A DNA stretch of 64,000 nucleotides from Candidatus Cloacimonadales bacterium (lineage in GTDB: Bacteria; Cloacimonadota; Cloacimonadia; Cloacimonadales; JAFGVF01). The notes below the pieces were generated by a model, which saw only the letters and a program-made list of their open reading frames with translations, was not told the origin of the DNA and made no database searches. This document shows, piece after piece, positions 9,244 through 19,925 of this stretch. Within the stretch, counting starts at the first letter, position 1. Each line of letters begins with the position of its first letter. The translations under genes were made by a program, and so were the position numbers. The DNA lies in contig CAXXJV010000001.1 in assembly GCA_963663475.2 (NCBI GenBank), forward strand, positions 64,001 through 128,000, in the 5' to 3' direction.

Positions 9244-12171
9244 ATGAAGAAAAAGACAATAATCATCGAATCAGTTATACTGGTCACATCAATTATTCTT
9301 TTGGTGCTTTTCTTAGGGTTACCCCAATGGTTAGATTTAAACAAGCAAGCTAACCAGCAAAAAAACATTTCTCAACTTACTGAGTTGAGTTTAGCTACAA
9401 ATAAATTCCTAGACAAGTATATGTTCAGCATGACTGCTGATCTTTCAAGAATCAAGGAAAAAATGGAATATTCTCAAAGACTTAATGTTCCAGGAGACAG
9501 CAAATACCAATATTTGATATATGGTGGTTTAAAAGATGCTGACTTAAGATATGTCGTATCTTATGACCTTTTTGATTTACTTAATCAGTACAATAAAATA
9601 ACAGATTCTAACAAGGAAACCTTCGTTAATTCTGTAAACGCTTATATTATTTCTGCTAAGGAAAGAATGTTACACAGTCCTGATAAAGATAAATACACTG
9701 ATTATATTGGATATTTAGACTTATTGGTTTCTAAACTCAGTGATGATAATTATTTCAGAAGAGCTCGTTATACAAACACTATTGTTAATCCTGCTTTCGA
9801 TGCTAATAAGGTATCAATGTTTGGGCCAGTAGCACAAAGTTTTGTTGGTTCTGAACTTTTTAAAGATAAAAGACAGGTAGGAGCAATAATACTCTATTTA
9901 GCTTACATCAACCAAGTATCTTATGAAAATGCTAGTGCAGAAACCTTTAATGACTTCTATACAGCTTTCACACAAATTTTTAACTATACTAATTATTATT
10001 CAAATTCAGCTGGTAACCCTTTACAAGAAGGTAAACAACCTAATGAAATAAAAGATATGTTCCAGAAAGAATTCCGTAAATTCTATCTTGATTCTATTCT
10101 TTATAATGATAGATTAAACAAGGGTATTGTAGCTATTGGTTCTAATGCTGCAGTTGAAGCTGATAACAGATTAACTGATGAATTTCTTAATGACCTAACT
10201 GAATCATCATATCAAAAAGAAGTTAATCAAACTATTCAACAACTCATAACTGAATATCCTGGTGATTATGATGGCTTTGCTAATGCTCTCAGAGAAAAGA
10301 TTAATACTTATAAAATGCATGACATAGACCGTCAACTTATTGATATATATGAATCAGTTTTCAACTATATGCAGTATCAAGAATATCTTCATAAATCTAT
10401 CTACAAGCAAAGAGATAGCTTTGTCCAAGCTGATTTTGACAATCAGTTCAATGATTTCTTCCATAAGTATATCTTGAAATATAATAAAGTTACTATCTTA
10501 GGTGACTTAGCTAAACTTCTAGAAAATGAAAAGAAATCTTCTGAAGATAAGTTATTAAGTAGATTTACCAATAATAATTTACTTAGTGATTTCAGAGAAG
10601 AAATGAAAACTCAAGCTGACTTCTTAAACTCTTTCTATCGTTCAAAATCTTATTCAGATATTATTGCGAAAAGTAAGAAAGACTTTATTGATACTAAAAC
10701 AAACGCTTTTGCAAGTCAGGTTAGAAGTGAAAAATTGACTATTGAAAACATCAAGAAAAATATTTCAAATGACAGAATTATTGAAGACGAAGCTTATAAA
10801 CAAGAATTGAGAAACAAAGTTAATCAATGGGAAGCTGAATTTGATTATATCAAATACTTTGTATCTTTAGATAATCCTAGATCTAGCTCAGATAATATAG
10901 CTCCTGAAGTCTTAGCAGATTCAACTAATATTCAAAAACAAAACAAAGCTCTTTTTGATAAATTGAATGCTAGAATTAATGAAGCTAAAGATTCTTATAT
11001 CAGAAATGATTACAGTAAATATAATTCTCTTTTCAGTTACGTTGATTATTGTGCAAGTCAGTTAATTTCAACTATTAGTAATGAAAGACTAGCTGACTAT
11101 CAAGAATTCCAACAAGCTGTTTTAAATACTACAAGTTCTTATATTGCAGAAACTGAATATCCTGAATTCGATAATGAGCTAGTTTCTCAAATTAGAAATC
11201 AATTAAATGATTTGTATAAGAAACATACCTTAGAATATGCAAGTCTTCCTGCTGATTATATTGAAAAACTTAATTCTTTAAATGAAAAACTCACTAATCA
11301 TGCAGAATATCAAAAATTTGCCAGAGCTAAAAGAGTTTCTAATAAAAGAATTCTCTCAGCAAATGAAATTGAACAATTCAAAAATGTATCTATCGATCCT
11401 GAAGGATTAATCTATTTCTATAATTTCTACCTATACTACATCAAAGATAACATTGATAAAAATAGATTCTATTCACGCTTTGGTTCTTCAGCTCTTAGAA
11501 ATGCCAAGAAACAATATGTTGATAATAAAATATCAGCCAATGATAGCAGTTGGTTAGATCTAGAAAAAGAATTATTAACTCTTCTTGAAGATTCAGAAGT
11601 TAAAGAAAAACAAGCTGAATTTGATGCTACTATCAAGCAAGCTCTTGCGAATTATAAAGATTCAAAATTAGAATCATATAAATATCAGAATGCTTTTAAC
11701 TTCAATGGACTTCTTTCTGATTTAGCTAGAGTTGAAAATAATATTAAATTCTACCGTGGTCCAATTGAATTCCCATTCTACGATAAAGATGAATTCTATT
11801 TAATTTACGGAAGATTTATGGAAGAGGGTGACAAGAAAGTTGCTATTTCTCTTGTTTCATATACTGATATCCACAACTTCCCACAAGCTAATGCCGTAGT
11901 TGTGAGAAATCTTGGTAAAACTGATGTTGATGTAGCTGCAATTCAAGCTAATTTACAGAAAAATTTAAATAGCTTAATAGCAAAATATCAAGATGAAATT
12001 GTTAAGTTAAGTCAAGATGTTGAAGAATTTAAGAATATTAATGTTATTCATAATAATGATCCTGATTATAAAATTACTACTCAAACTGTTAAAGCAAAAC
12101 AGCTTATCAGAGATCAATTCACTCTAGCTTTAGAACAAATGCTTGAAGACTTCGTGAGATCAAACTATTAA
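9244..12171 (+). CDS. Hypothetical 975-aa N-terminally anchored, mostly helical protein
   Basis: Long ORF, GGAG RBS, one N-terminal hydrophobic segment, upstream TTGACT (9162), downstream terminator; no family recognised. Confidence 0.85.
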   Translation: MKKKTIIIESVILVTSIILLVLFLGLPQWLDLNKQANQQKNISQLTELSLATNKFLDKYMFSMTADLSRIKEKMEYSQRLNVPGDSKYQYLIYGGLKDADLRYVVSYDLFDLLNQYNKITDSNKETFVNSVNAYIISAKERMLHSPDKDKYTDYIGYLDLLVSKLSDDNYFRRARYTNTIVNPAFDANKVSMFGPVAQSFVGSELFKDKRQVGAIILYLAYINQVSYENASAETFNDFYTAFTQIFNYTNYYSNSAGNPLQEGKQPNEIKDMFQKEFRKFYLDSILYNDRLNKGIVAIGSNAAVEADNRLTDEFLNDLTESSYQKEVNQTIQQLITEYPGDYDGFANALREKINTYKMHDIDRQLIDIYESVFNYMQYQEYLHKSIYKQRDSFVQADFDNQFNDFFHKYILKYNKVTILGDLAKLLENEKKSSEDKLLSRFTNNNLLSDFREEMKTQADFLNSFYRSKSYSDIIAKSKKDFIDTKTNAFASQVRSEKLTIENIKKNISNDRIIEDEAYKQELRNKVNQWEAEFDYIKYFVSLDNPRSSSDNIAPEVLADSTNIQKQNKALFDKLNARINEAKDSYIRNDYSKYNSLFSYVDYCASQLISTISNERLADYQEFQQAVLNTTSSYIAETEYPEFDNELVSQIRNQLNDLYKKHTLEYASLPADYIEKLNSLNEKLTNHAEYQKFARAKRVSNKRILSANEIEQFKNVSIDPEGLIYFYNFYLYYIKDNIDKNRFYSRFGSSALRNAKKQYVDNKISANDSSWLDLEKELLTLLEDSEVKEKQAEFDATIKQALANYKDSKLESYKYQNAFNFNGLLSDLARVENNIKFYRGPIEFPFYDKDEFYLIYGRFMEEGDKKVAISLVSYTDIHNFPQANAVVVRNLGKTDVDVAAIQANLQKNLNSLIAKYQDEIVKLSQDVEEFKNINVIHNNDPDYKITTQTVKAKQLIRDQFTLALEQMLEDFVRSNY

Positions 12172-12198
12172 TAGTAAATATTAACCAATAATAAACTC

Positions 12199-12232
12199 GA
12201 TGAGATACTCTTTTTTGTATCTCATCTTTTTT
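12199..12232 (+). terminator. Intrinsic terminator
   Basis: gatgagatac / gtatctcatc 10-bp stem followed by T6. Confidence 0.8.
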
Positions 12233-12264
12233 ATTATTACTTATAAACAAAGGATAGATTAATT

Positions 12265-13539
12265 ATGGAATACAAAGAATTTCTGGAAAACTTATATCAG
12301 AGATATTCGGGTAATATTAAATTAGGACTCCAACGAATGTTCCAAATCTTAGCTGAAATGGATAGTCCGCATACTAAACTTCAAGGATTACACGTTGCTG
12401 GTACTAATGGAAAAGGTTCTACTTGTGCTATGCTTGAAGCTCTCTGCCTAGCTAATAATCTCACATGTGGTCTTAATACCTCTCCCCACTTAGTAAACTA
12501 TACTGAAAGATTTAGAATTAATGGCCAAATTCTTGATTATGAAACCATCTATCAAGAATATAAAAAATGGGAATCAACTTTTAATAAAACTGATGCTTCC
12601 TTCTTTGAAATTACAACAGCTTTGGCTTTCAGACTATTCTTAGATAAGAAAGTTGATACCTCTATCTTTGAAGTAGGTCTTGGTGGTAGGTTAGACGGAA
12701 CAAATCCTTTTCAATCTACCGTAACTGCTATTACCTCAATCTCCATTGATCACAAAAAAACACTTGGTGATACTATTGAAAAAATAGCTGGAGAAAAAGC
12801 AGGTATTATCAAAAAATATGTTCCTATGGTAATCAGCAAACTTAAAGCAAGTGCTTTAGAGGTTATCCAAAAAGTAGCTGATGATAATTTCGCTCCTACT
12901 TATGTTTATGATAGGGACTACTTTGTTAAAAATGTTAGAATCTCTGATAAAGGTACTGTTTTTGACTACTCTTTCCCAGAAATGAACATAGAATTCAAAG
13001 ATATTGCTGTTAATCTTCTTGGCCAGCACCAGTCATTAAATGCAGGAGTAGCCCTTACTTCTTTCTTACTCTACATGCAAATCAGAGGTCTTGCTATCAA
13101 TGAAGATATGATTAGAAAAGCTATGATAAGTGTTTCGTGGTCTGGCAGAATGCAAATTATTAATTTTGAACCGCTTACTATCCTAGATGGAGCTCATAAT
13201 GATGTTGGTATGGATTTCTTAATTGAGAATATTAATGATATTTTTCCTGATAGAAAGAAGAGATTTGTTTTAGGTATCTTACAAGATAAACCCTTTAAGG
13301 ATATGTTAGAGATGGCTGCTAAAATTGCCTCTAAACTATATCTATGTCAGAGTAACTCACAAAGAGCAGCTGATGTTGATTTACTAGCAGAAGTAGCTGA
13401 ATCTCTTAAAATCGATTTTGAAAAAATACCTAATGTCTTTCAAGCTTATCAAAAAGCTATCCAAGATGCAGACCCTAATGATGTTATTATCATAGGAGGT
13501 TCTCTTTATACTATAGCTGAAGTTTTAGCTAATATCTAG
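12265..13539 (+). CDS. folC: Folylpolyglutamate synthase / dihydrofolate synthase
   Basis: HVAGTNGKGS, TSPHL, FFE, EVGLGGRLD, EKAGIIK, LDGAHN, GSLY. Confidence 0.96.
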   Translation: MEYKEFLENLYQRYSGNIKLGLQRMFQILAEMDSPHTKLQGLHVAGTNGKGSTCAMLEALCLANNLTCGLNTSPHLVNYTERFRINGQILDYETIYQEYKKWESTFNKTDASFFEITTALAFRLFLDKKVDTSIFEVGLGGRLDGTNPFQSTVTAITSISIDHKKTLGDTIEKIAGEKAGIIKKYVPMVISKLKASALEVIQKVADDNFAPTYVYDRDYFVKNVRISDKGTVFDYSFPEMNIEFKDIAVNLLGQHQSLNAGVALTSFLLYMQIRGLAINEDMIRKAMISVSWSGRMQIINFEPLTILDGAHNDVGMDFLIENINDIFPDRKKRFVLGILQDKPFKDMLEMAAKIASKLYLCQSNSQRAADVDLLAEVAESLKIDFEKIPNVFQAYQKAIQDADPNDVIIIGGSLYTIAEVLANI

Positions 13540-13560
13540 TTTTTGCTTCTTATTCGAGTT

Positions 13561-13728
13561 TAACCCAGATAGTGTAGTAGAGCTTTAGTGAAGAGTGCAG
13601 ATTATTCTAGCAAAATAGCTTACAGAATTTTGACGCATATATTTTATATATTCGGAGAAATTATGGAAGCTACTTTTGCAGAAGAATATAGTGCTATTCA
13701 CAAAGGTCTACTGCATTATTTGGGTTTA
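13561..13728 (+). repeat. Palindromic MITE-like element, full-length copy (168 bp)
   Basis: TAACCCAGATAGTGTAGTAGAGCTTT ... AAAGGTCTACTGCATTATTTGGGTTTA; the two ~80-nt halves are imperfect reverse complements; homologues at 19721, 29521 and 30134. Confidence 0.9.
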
Positions 13729-13793
13729 ACCCATAAAGTGTAGTATAGCTTTAGTGATACTTTGCTAAAGCTATACTGCCTCATCTAGGATTA
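13727..13793 (+). repeat. Short (67 bp) hairpin derivative of the same family, sharing a TA with the long copy and ending in the stop codon of the adjacent gene
   Basis: TAACCCATAAAGTGTAGTATAGCTTTAG-tgatactttg-CTAAAGCTATACTGCCTCATCTAGGATTA. Confidence 0.8.
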
Positions 13794-15782
13794 TTTAGTC
13801 TTTATTATAGAAATCTTTTGCACCTTCTCTTGTCCTTCATAAATAAATTTTACAAGATATATACCATTAGAAATATTTTCTGGTAAATCGATTCTACTTC
13901 TATTCTGGTTAAAATTAGAGGAGTGCACTAATTGCCCTCTTAAGTTATATATTTTCACCTTTTTTAATCCAAGTGTTTTATTGATATTAATTTCATTATT
14001 AATAACTGGATTAGGGTATATGAGAGGCTCCACTAAGTAAGCGACATTATTATCATTGCTTGTTGCACTTGAAGTAATAAGAATTCTATCGATTATCAAG
14101 AGTAAGGTTTGGATTCCACAAGACTCAAGGAGAAGATTAGTTATTATATCTTGATTATTATTAACATTGTGGTCAAAAGTAAAGATACTCATCTCTTCTG
14201 GTACTTCAAGATAATTTCCTTGGTTTAAATAAACTATATCCTCTTCATTATTGTTGTAAATTAGACCGACTTTAATTCTTTCCATTCCCCAAGAAGTATT
14301 CAAACTTTTAGCATTTATAGTTATTGTAACTTGTTGAGCTTGGAAAGATGGAGATATAAGAATATCTGATGTTGGTGGACTAATAGCTGAGAAACTAACA
14401 AGACACTTATCTCCTGCTATATTAAAATCTAAGGGAGGATTTGTTGCACTAGGTTGAAAAATCATAAATCCTGCTGGATTACCTTGATTAGGATATTGAT
14501 AATCTGCTATTACATAAGTTTCTTGACCATCATTATCTATACTTTGCCAATCCCCTATTTGACTAGTAAAAGCTGGGTATTCCTCAAAATCATCATCAAG
14601 CAGTATGTTAGCAGGTTCATTAACTAGAACTTGCACACTAGGACTTTCAATAAATGATTCATCACAAAAGATGAATTTAACCTTATAATAATAGGTCTCA
14701 CCTACCTCAATATTACTATCTACAAAAGAATTAACATTTACTTCAGCTAGTAACTGACCATTCCTATACAAAAGATATGGATAGTTATTATTAAATAAAT
14801 TAGTCCATTCCAAATTAACACTAGAATTATTTACTTGGGAAGAAGATATTTCTAGATTCATTCCTTCTTCTATAGTGGCAAAGGTAGATACCTGACTTGT
14901 AAATGTCTCTTCACCATTAAAATAACTAGCATACAAACTATAATAACTAGCTGGCGCAAAGGGTAGTAGAGGTGTGACTTCATATATATTCTCATCTATC
15001 ATTTGACAGTCTGCAACAACCAATTGATTAGTATAGCTATTAGCTTGCAAATGAATAGTCATAGCTTGAGGATCAATAACTTGAATATTTAAGGCAGATG
15101 TAGGTAGAATTTGACTAGCATTAGCAGGAGGATAAATTATCTGGGGATAATTGGCATCAGGTGTTATATCAAAGATTGAATTAGGTAATTTGCTTCTCAC
15201 AAAGATAGCTGGGACTAAATTATTGCTATCTAATGGATTTACATTATCAACAAAACACATGGAGGTGTTGTTTGCTGTATCAAATGCAATAAAATCATCT
15301 GAGTTCATCCCTTGATCTGAATCATTTTCCATAAAAAAGATAATTAGATTTTCTGTAGCCGAATAATAATAGGCTTGTGTCAAAGTTATTACCATCCAAC
15401 CATCTCCTTCGGAATTACTAGCATGAAAATTGAATGGGGTTAAGTTGCCTTCAAAGCAGACATCTAAATCACTCAATTCTAGATAATCTGTTTCATCTGC
15501 AAAACTAGCTTGTGAACTTTCTCCTATCATAATCAAAACGTCATTAATATACAGTTCAGGATTAGGACTAGTTAAACTGTATTGAAAAGCTAATTGATTA
15601 ATAGTACAAGCTTGATTAAAATAGCTGGAACTGTAAATTAATTGTGATGCACTATGTCGGTAAAATGGGTCACATGGCAGATGCTGAGAATTATCATTCC
15701 CATTACCAATTTCCAATTGAATAGCAAAAGTCATTCCTGCCATAATTACAAACCAAATAATAAAGCAAAATCTTTTAAGCAT
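13791..15782 (-). CDS. Secreted protein with FN3-like and cleaved-adhesin-like domains and a T9SS type-A-like CTD
   Basis: Signal peptide; NLEW..LYRNG..FVD..YYYKV; DDFEEY...WQSIDNDG; C-terminal IYPNP..KIYNLRGQLV..GIYLVK..KISIIK. Confidence 0.8.
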   Translation of the reverse strand: MLKRFCFIIWFVIMAGMTFAIQLEIGNGNDNSQHLPCDPFYRHSASQLIYSSSYFNQACTINQLAFQYSLTSPNPELYINDVLIMIGESSQASFADETDYLELSDLDVCFEGNLTPFNFHASNSEGDGWMVITLTQAYYYSATENLIIFFMENDSDQGMNSDDFIAFDTANNTSMCFVDNVNPLDSNNLVPAIFVRSKLPNSIFDITPDANYPQIIYPPANASQILPTSALNIQVIDPQAMTIHLQANSYTNQLVVADCQMIDENIYEVTPLLPFAPASYYSLYASYFNGEETFTSQVSTFATIEEGMNLEISSSQVNNSSVNLEWTNLFNNNYPYLLYRNGQLLAEVNVNSFVDSNIEVGETYYYKVKFIFCDESFIESPSVQVLVNEPANILLDDDFEEYPAFTSQIGDWQSIDNDGQETYVIADYQYPNQGNPAGFMIFQPSATNPPLDFNIAGDKCLVSFSAISPPTSDILISPSFQAQQVTITINAKSLNTSWGMERIKVGLIYNNNEEDIVYLNQGNYLEVPEEMSIFTFDHNVNNNQDIITNLLLESCGIQTLLLIIDRILITSSATSNDNNVAYLVEPLIYPNPVINNEININKTLGLKKVKIYNLRGQLVHSSNFNQNRSRIDLPENISNGIYLVKFIYEGQEKVQKISIIKTK

Positions 15783-16089
15783 AATTCACTCCTTTAAGCA
15801 AAAAGTACTTATAATTATTTTATTGTCAATACTTTTTTATCATAAGGAATACATTTACTTGCTTTTTGTGACTAAGATAGTAACATCATGATAAATTTTC
15901 CCTAATTTTTCTTTTTGCTAGTGGGGGAATAAATGAACTTAAAACATAGATAGACAAAGACAAAGAATTAAGTTACGATATATTAAAATATGCTTATTTA
16001 GATAAACTTTTATTGACATAAAAATGGGTAAATAATTCTATGTCTATATGAAAATAATTAAACACAAAAAATAAATTAAGGAGTGTGAC

Positions 16090-19000
16090 ATGGCTCAGTT
16101 TAAGAAAGAAACTATGGATGGAAACACAGCTGCTGCGCATGTAGCTTATGCTTTTAGTGAAGTTGCTGCTATTTATCCTATTACTCCATCTTCTAACATG
16201 GGTGAATCAACCGATGCTTGGGCTGCTAACGGAAGGAAAAACATATTTGGAACTACAGTTGATGTAGCAGAACTTCAATCAGAAGGTGGTGCTTCTGGTG
16301 CTGTGCACGGAGCTCTATCAGCTGGTGCATTAACTACTACTTTTACAGCTTCTCAAGGACTCTTATTGATGTTACCTAACATGCATAAGATTGCTGGAGA
16401 AATGTTACCAACTAACTTCTGGGTTTCAGCTAGATCTCTTGCTGCTCAATCTTTATCTATCTTTGGAGACCACTCTGATGTGATGTCTGCTAGAAATACT
16501 GGTTTTGCTTTAATGGCCTGTAACTCAGTTCAAGAAATTATGGATATTGGTGTTGCTTCTCATTTATCAACACTTAAATCAAGTATTCCATTCTTAACCT
16601 TCTTTGATGGTTTTAGATCTTCTCATGAAATTCAAAAAATTGAAGTTATTGATTATGATACTATTGCATCTTTAGTTGAACCAGAATATATCGAAAAATT
16701 CAGAGAAAATGCCTTAAATCCTGAAGCACCTAGATTAAAAACTGGTGCTCAGAATCCTGATGTTTACTTCCAAGGTAGAGAAACAACAAACAAACATTAT
16801 GAAGCAACTCCTGCAATCGTTGAAGAATATCTTAAAAAAGTTTCTGCATTGGTAGGCAGAGATTATAATCTTTTTGATTATGTAGGTGCTCCTGATGCAG
16901 AGTCAATAATCGTAGCAATGGGTTCTGGTTGTGAAACAATCGAAGAAGCTGTTGAGTATTTAAATAAAAATGGAAAAAAATACGGTTTATTAAAAGTACG
17001 TCTTTTCAGACCTTTCTCAGTTGAACATTTTGTAAATGCTATTCCAGAAAGTGTAAAAAGAGTTGCAGTTCTTGATAGAACAAAAGAACCAGGCTCAATT
17101 GGTGAACCTTTATACTTAGATGTTGTTACTGCACTTAAAGGTAAATGTCTTAACATTATTGGTGGACGTTATGGTCTTTCTTCCAAAGAATTTACACCTG
17201 GCATGGTTAAATCTGTATTTGATCACCTTGATAATGATGGTTTCCATGGTTTTACTGTAGGTATCAACGATGATGTATCTCATAAATCACTCCCAATCAA
17301 TCAAGTTATCAATGCTATTCCAGCAGACACTATTTCTTGTAAATTCTGGGGATTAGGTTCTGATGGTACTGTTGGTGCTAATAAGAACTCTATTAAAATT
17401 ATTGGTGATAACACTGAATTATGGGCTCAAGGATACTTCCAATATGATTCAAAAAAATCAGGTGGAATTACTCGTAGCCATTTAAGATTTGGTAAATCAA
17501 AAATTAGAGCTCAATATACAGTTAATAGTCCTGACTTTGTAGCTTGTCATAATCCTGCTTTCATCGGTCGTTTTGATATCTTAGAAGGTATCAAAGAAGG
17601 TGGAACATTCTTATTAAACTCACAATTCTCTAATGATGAAGTTTTTGCTAACTTAACAGAAGACATGCAAAGAACAATCATCGAAAAGAAAATTAAATTA
17701 TATAATATCAATGCTTTAGAAATTGCTAACAAAGTTGGTCTTGGTGGAAGAATTAATACTGTTATGCAGGCTGCCTTCTTTATAATTTCTAATGTATTAC
17801 CAAAAGATACAGCTATTGACCTTATTAAAAAAGCTATTGTAAAATCTTATACTAAGAAGGGTGATGAAATTGTTAAAATGAACATCCTTGCAGTTGATAA
17901 GGTGGAAGAAGCTTTAGTTGAAATTAATGTTCCTGCTGAAATGATTGCTGATCATATTAAATCAAAGCAACTCGTTCCTGCTGATGCAGATGATTTCACA
18001 AAACAAGTTATTGAACCTATCATGAGAGAAAAAGGTGATGATATTCCTGTTTCTGCAATGCCTATTGATGGTTATATTCCTACAGGCACAGCAGCTTTAG
18101 AGAAACGTGGTGTTGCACCATTTGTTCCTCATTGGGATGCTTCAAAATGTATCCAATGTAACCAATGTTCTATGGTATGTCCTCATGCTGCTATTAGAGC
18201 TAAATTGATTCCTGTAGATGCTCTTGAAGATGCACCTGAATCATTTGTTACTTTAGATGAAATGATGGAAGCCCGTAAAGGCCAAGTTGATCATAAATAT
18301 AAAATCCAAGTTTATATTGATGACTGCCAAGGCTGTAAAGCATGTGTCTTAGAATGTCCTAAAGATGCTTTATCTATGAGTCCTATCGAAGAAGAAAGAG
18401 CTGCTGGTGAGCAAGCTAACTACGAATACTTCGAAAAATTACCAACAGATATTCTTGGTGCTTATAAAGAAGATACAGTTAAAGGTTCTCAGTTCAAACA
18501 ACCACTTCTTGAGTTCTCAGGTGCTTGTGCAGGTTGTGGAGAAACTCCATACGTAAAACTTATCACTCAATTAGTTGGTGATAGAATGTTAATTGCTAAT
18601 GCTACTGGTTGTTCTTCAATTTGGGGTGGAACTTTCCCAACAGTACCTTACTGTAAAAACCAATTTGGTAATGGACCAGCTTGGGCTAACTCCCTCTTTG
18701 AAGATAATGCTGAGTATGCTTATGGTTTCAGATTAGCTGTTAATGCCAACAGAAAGCAATTAAGATATAATGTAGAGAAATTACTTCCTCTTTTAAATTG
18801 CCAAGGTTGCACAGAAAAATTCAATTATGCTCTTGAAAACTGGGATGCAGTTGATCAAGCAGCTAAAGAAAACATCAATGAAATCAAAAAAATACTTCCA
18901 ACTCTATTAGAGAAAGCTACCCCTGAAACTAAACCTATGATTGAAAAAATCATTGAACTCAAATCATACTTCCTTCAGAAATCAGTTTGGGGATTTGGTG

Positions 19001-19617
19001 GAGATGGTTGGGCTTATGATATTGGATTTGGTGGTTTAGATCACGTACTAGCTCAAAACAAAAATGTAAATATCTTAGTTATGGATACTGAAGTTTACTC
19101 TAATACTGGTGGTCAAGCTTCTAAAGCTACTCCATTAGGTTCTGTTGCTAGATTCGCTGAATCTGGTAAGACAACTAATAAAAAAGATTTAGGCAAAATG
19201 ATGATGACCTATGGTTATGTTTATGTTGCTCAAATCTCAATGGGTGCAAACAAGAATCAAGCTATTAAAGCTATTAAAGAAGCAGAAGCATATGATGGTC
19301 CATCAATCATCTTAGCATATGCTCCATGTATTAATCATGGTATCAATATGGCTGAAGCTCAAAAAATTGAAAAAGCTGCTGTTGATTGTGGCTACTGGAT
19401 TACCTACAGATACAACCCTGCATTAAAAGCAGAAGGTAAGAATCCATTCCAATTAGATTCAAAGAAACCTACTGGTGATCCTATTGAATTCATCGAAGCT
19501 GAAAAGAGATATTCTTCCTTAAGAAGAACTTTCCCTGATAAAGTTGATGAATATCGTGAAGAATTACGAAAATGGGTAAATGAAAGATACGAAAGCTATG
19601 CTAAAATGGCTGAATAA
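16090..19617 (+). CDS. nifJ: Pyruvate:ferredoxin (flavodoxin) oxidoreductase
   Basis: AIYPITPSS, GGRYGLSSKEF, CIQCNQCSMVCP and CQGCKACVLECP 4Fe-4S motifs, GACAGCGE, GGDGWAYDIG TPP motif. Confidence 0.98.
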   Translation: MAQFKKETMDGNTAAAHVAYAFSEVAAIYPITPSSNMGESTDAWAANGRKNIFGTTVDVAELQSEGGASGAVHGALSAGALTTTFTASQGLLLMLPNMHKIAGEMLPTNFWVSARSLAAQSLSIFGDHSDVMSARNTGFALMACNSVQEIMDIGVASHLSTLKSSIPFLTFFDGFRSSHEIQKIEVIDYDTIASLVEPEYIEKFRENALNPEAPRLKTGAQNPDVYFQGRETTNKHYEATPAIVEEYLKKVSALVGRDYNLFDYVGAPDAESIIVAMGSGCETIEEAVEYLNKNGKKYGLLKVRLFRPFSVEHFVNAIPESVKRVAVLDRTKEPGSIGEPLYLDVVTALKGKCLNIIGGRYGLSSKEFTPGMVKSVFDHLDNDGFHGFTVGINDDVSHKSLPINQVINAIPADTISCKFWGLGSDGTVGANKNSIKIIGDNTELWAQGYFQYDSKKSGGITRSHLRFGKSKIRAQYTVNSPDFVACHNPAFIGRFDILEGIKEGGTFLLNSQFSNDEVFANLTEDMQRTIIEKKIKLYNINALEIANKVGLGGRINTVMQAAFFIISNVLPKDTAIDLIKKAIVKSYTKKGDEIVKMNILAVDKVEEALVEINVPAEMIADHIKSKQLVPADADDFTKQVIEPIMREKGDDIPVSAMPIDGYIPTGTAALEKRGVAPFVPHWDASKCIQCNQCSMVCPHAAIRAKLIPVDALEDAPESFVTLDEMMEARKGQVDHKYKIQVYIDDCQGCKACVLECPKDALSMSPIEEERAAGEQANYEYFEKLPTDILGAYKEDTVKGSQFKQPLLEFSGACAGCGETPYVKLITQLVGDRMLIANATGCSSIWGGTFPTVPYCKNQFGNGPAWANSLFEDNAEYAYGFRLAVNANRKQLRYNVEKLLPLLNCQGCTEKFNYALENWDAVDQAAKENINEIKKILPTLLEKATPETKPMIEKIIELKSYFLQKSVWGFGGDGWAYDIGFGGLDHVLAQNKNVNILVMDTEVYSNTGGQASKATPLGSVARFAESGKTTNKKDLGKMMMTYGYVYVAQISMGANKNQAIKAIKEAEAYDGPSIILAYAPCINHGINMAEAQKIEKAAVDCGYWITYRYNPALKAEGKNPFQLDSKKPTGDPIEFIEAEKRYSSLRRTFPDKVDEYREELRKWVNERYESYAKMAE

Positions 19618-19636
19618 GCTTTTACCTTAAAATAAT

Positions 19637-19671
19637 AAAAACAGGAATTCTTTGAATTCCTGTTTTTTTTT
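19637..19671 (+). terminator. Intrinsic terminator after nifJ
   Basis: aaaaacaggaattc-ttt-gaattcctgttttttttt. Confidence 0.9.
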
Positions 19672-19675
19672 GTTT

Positions 19676-19924
19676 TACCCCAAATAGTTTAGTAGAACTT
19701 GATGAAGAGTGCTACTCCATTATCCCAAATAATGCAATAGATCTTTGAGAATAGCACTATATTCTTTTGCAAAAGTAACTTACATAATTCTTCCGAATAT
19801 ATATATTATATGCGTCATAATTCTGCAAGCTATTTTGCTAAAAGAATTTGCACTCTGCACCTGTGATACTTAGCTTTAGCGAAGTATTACTAAAGATCTA
19901 TTGCAACATTTGGGATTATTTGGA
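19676..19924 (+). repeat. Outer, internally deleted copy of the palindromic family, interrupted by a nested full copy
   Basis: Left arm taccccaaatagtttagtagaacttgatgaagagtg plus right end ctactccat|TA ... TA|tttgg, compared with the consensus ctactgcatTAtttggg. Confidence 0.7.
19721..19918 (-). repeat. Palindromic MITE-like element, full-length copy with a ~30-nt internal hairpin insertion
   Basis: Reverse complement aligns along its length with 13561-13728 and 29521-29715; TA at both ends. Confidence 0.9.
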
Positions 19925-19925
19925 C

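Noticed and set aside
13558-13730. Integron attC sites (GTTTAAC at the ends of the palindrome)
   Set aside because: Too long (168-198 bp); RYYYAAC/GTTRRRY is not conserved across copies; copies flank core genes in both orientations; no integrase; TA duplication fits a MITE better
15866-15885. Rex operator upstream of nifJ
   Set aside because: Only the TTGTGA half-site matches; the second half is not palindromic
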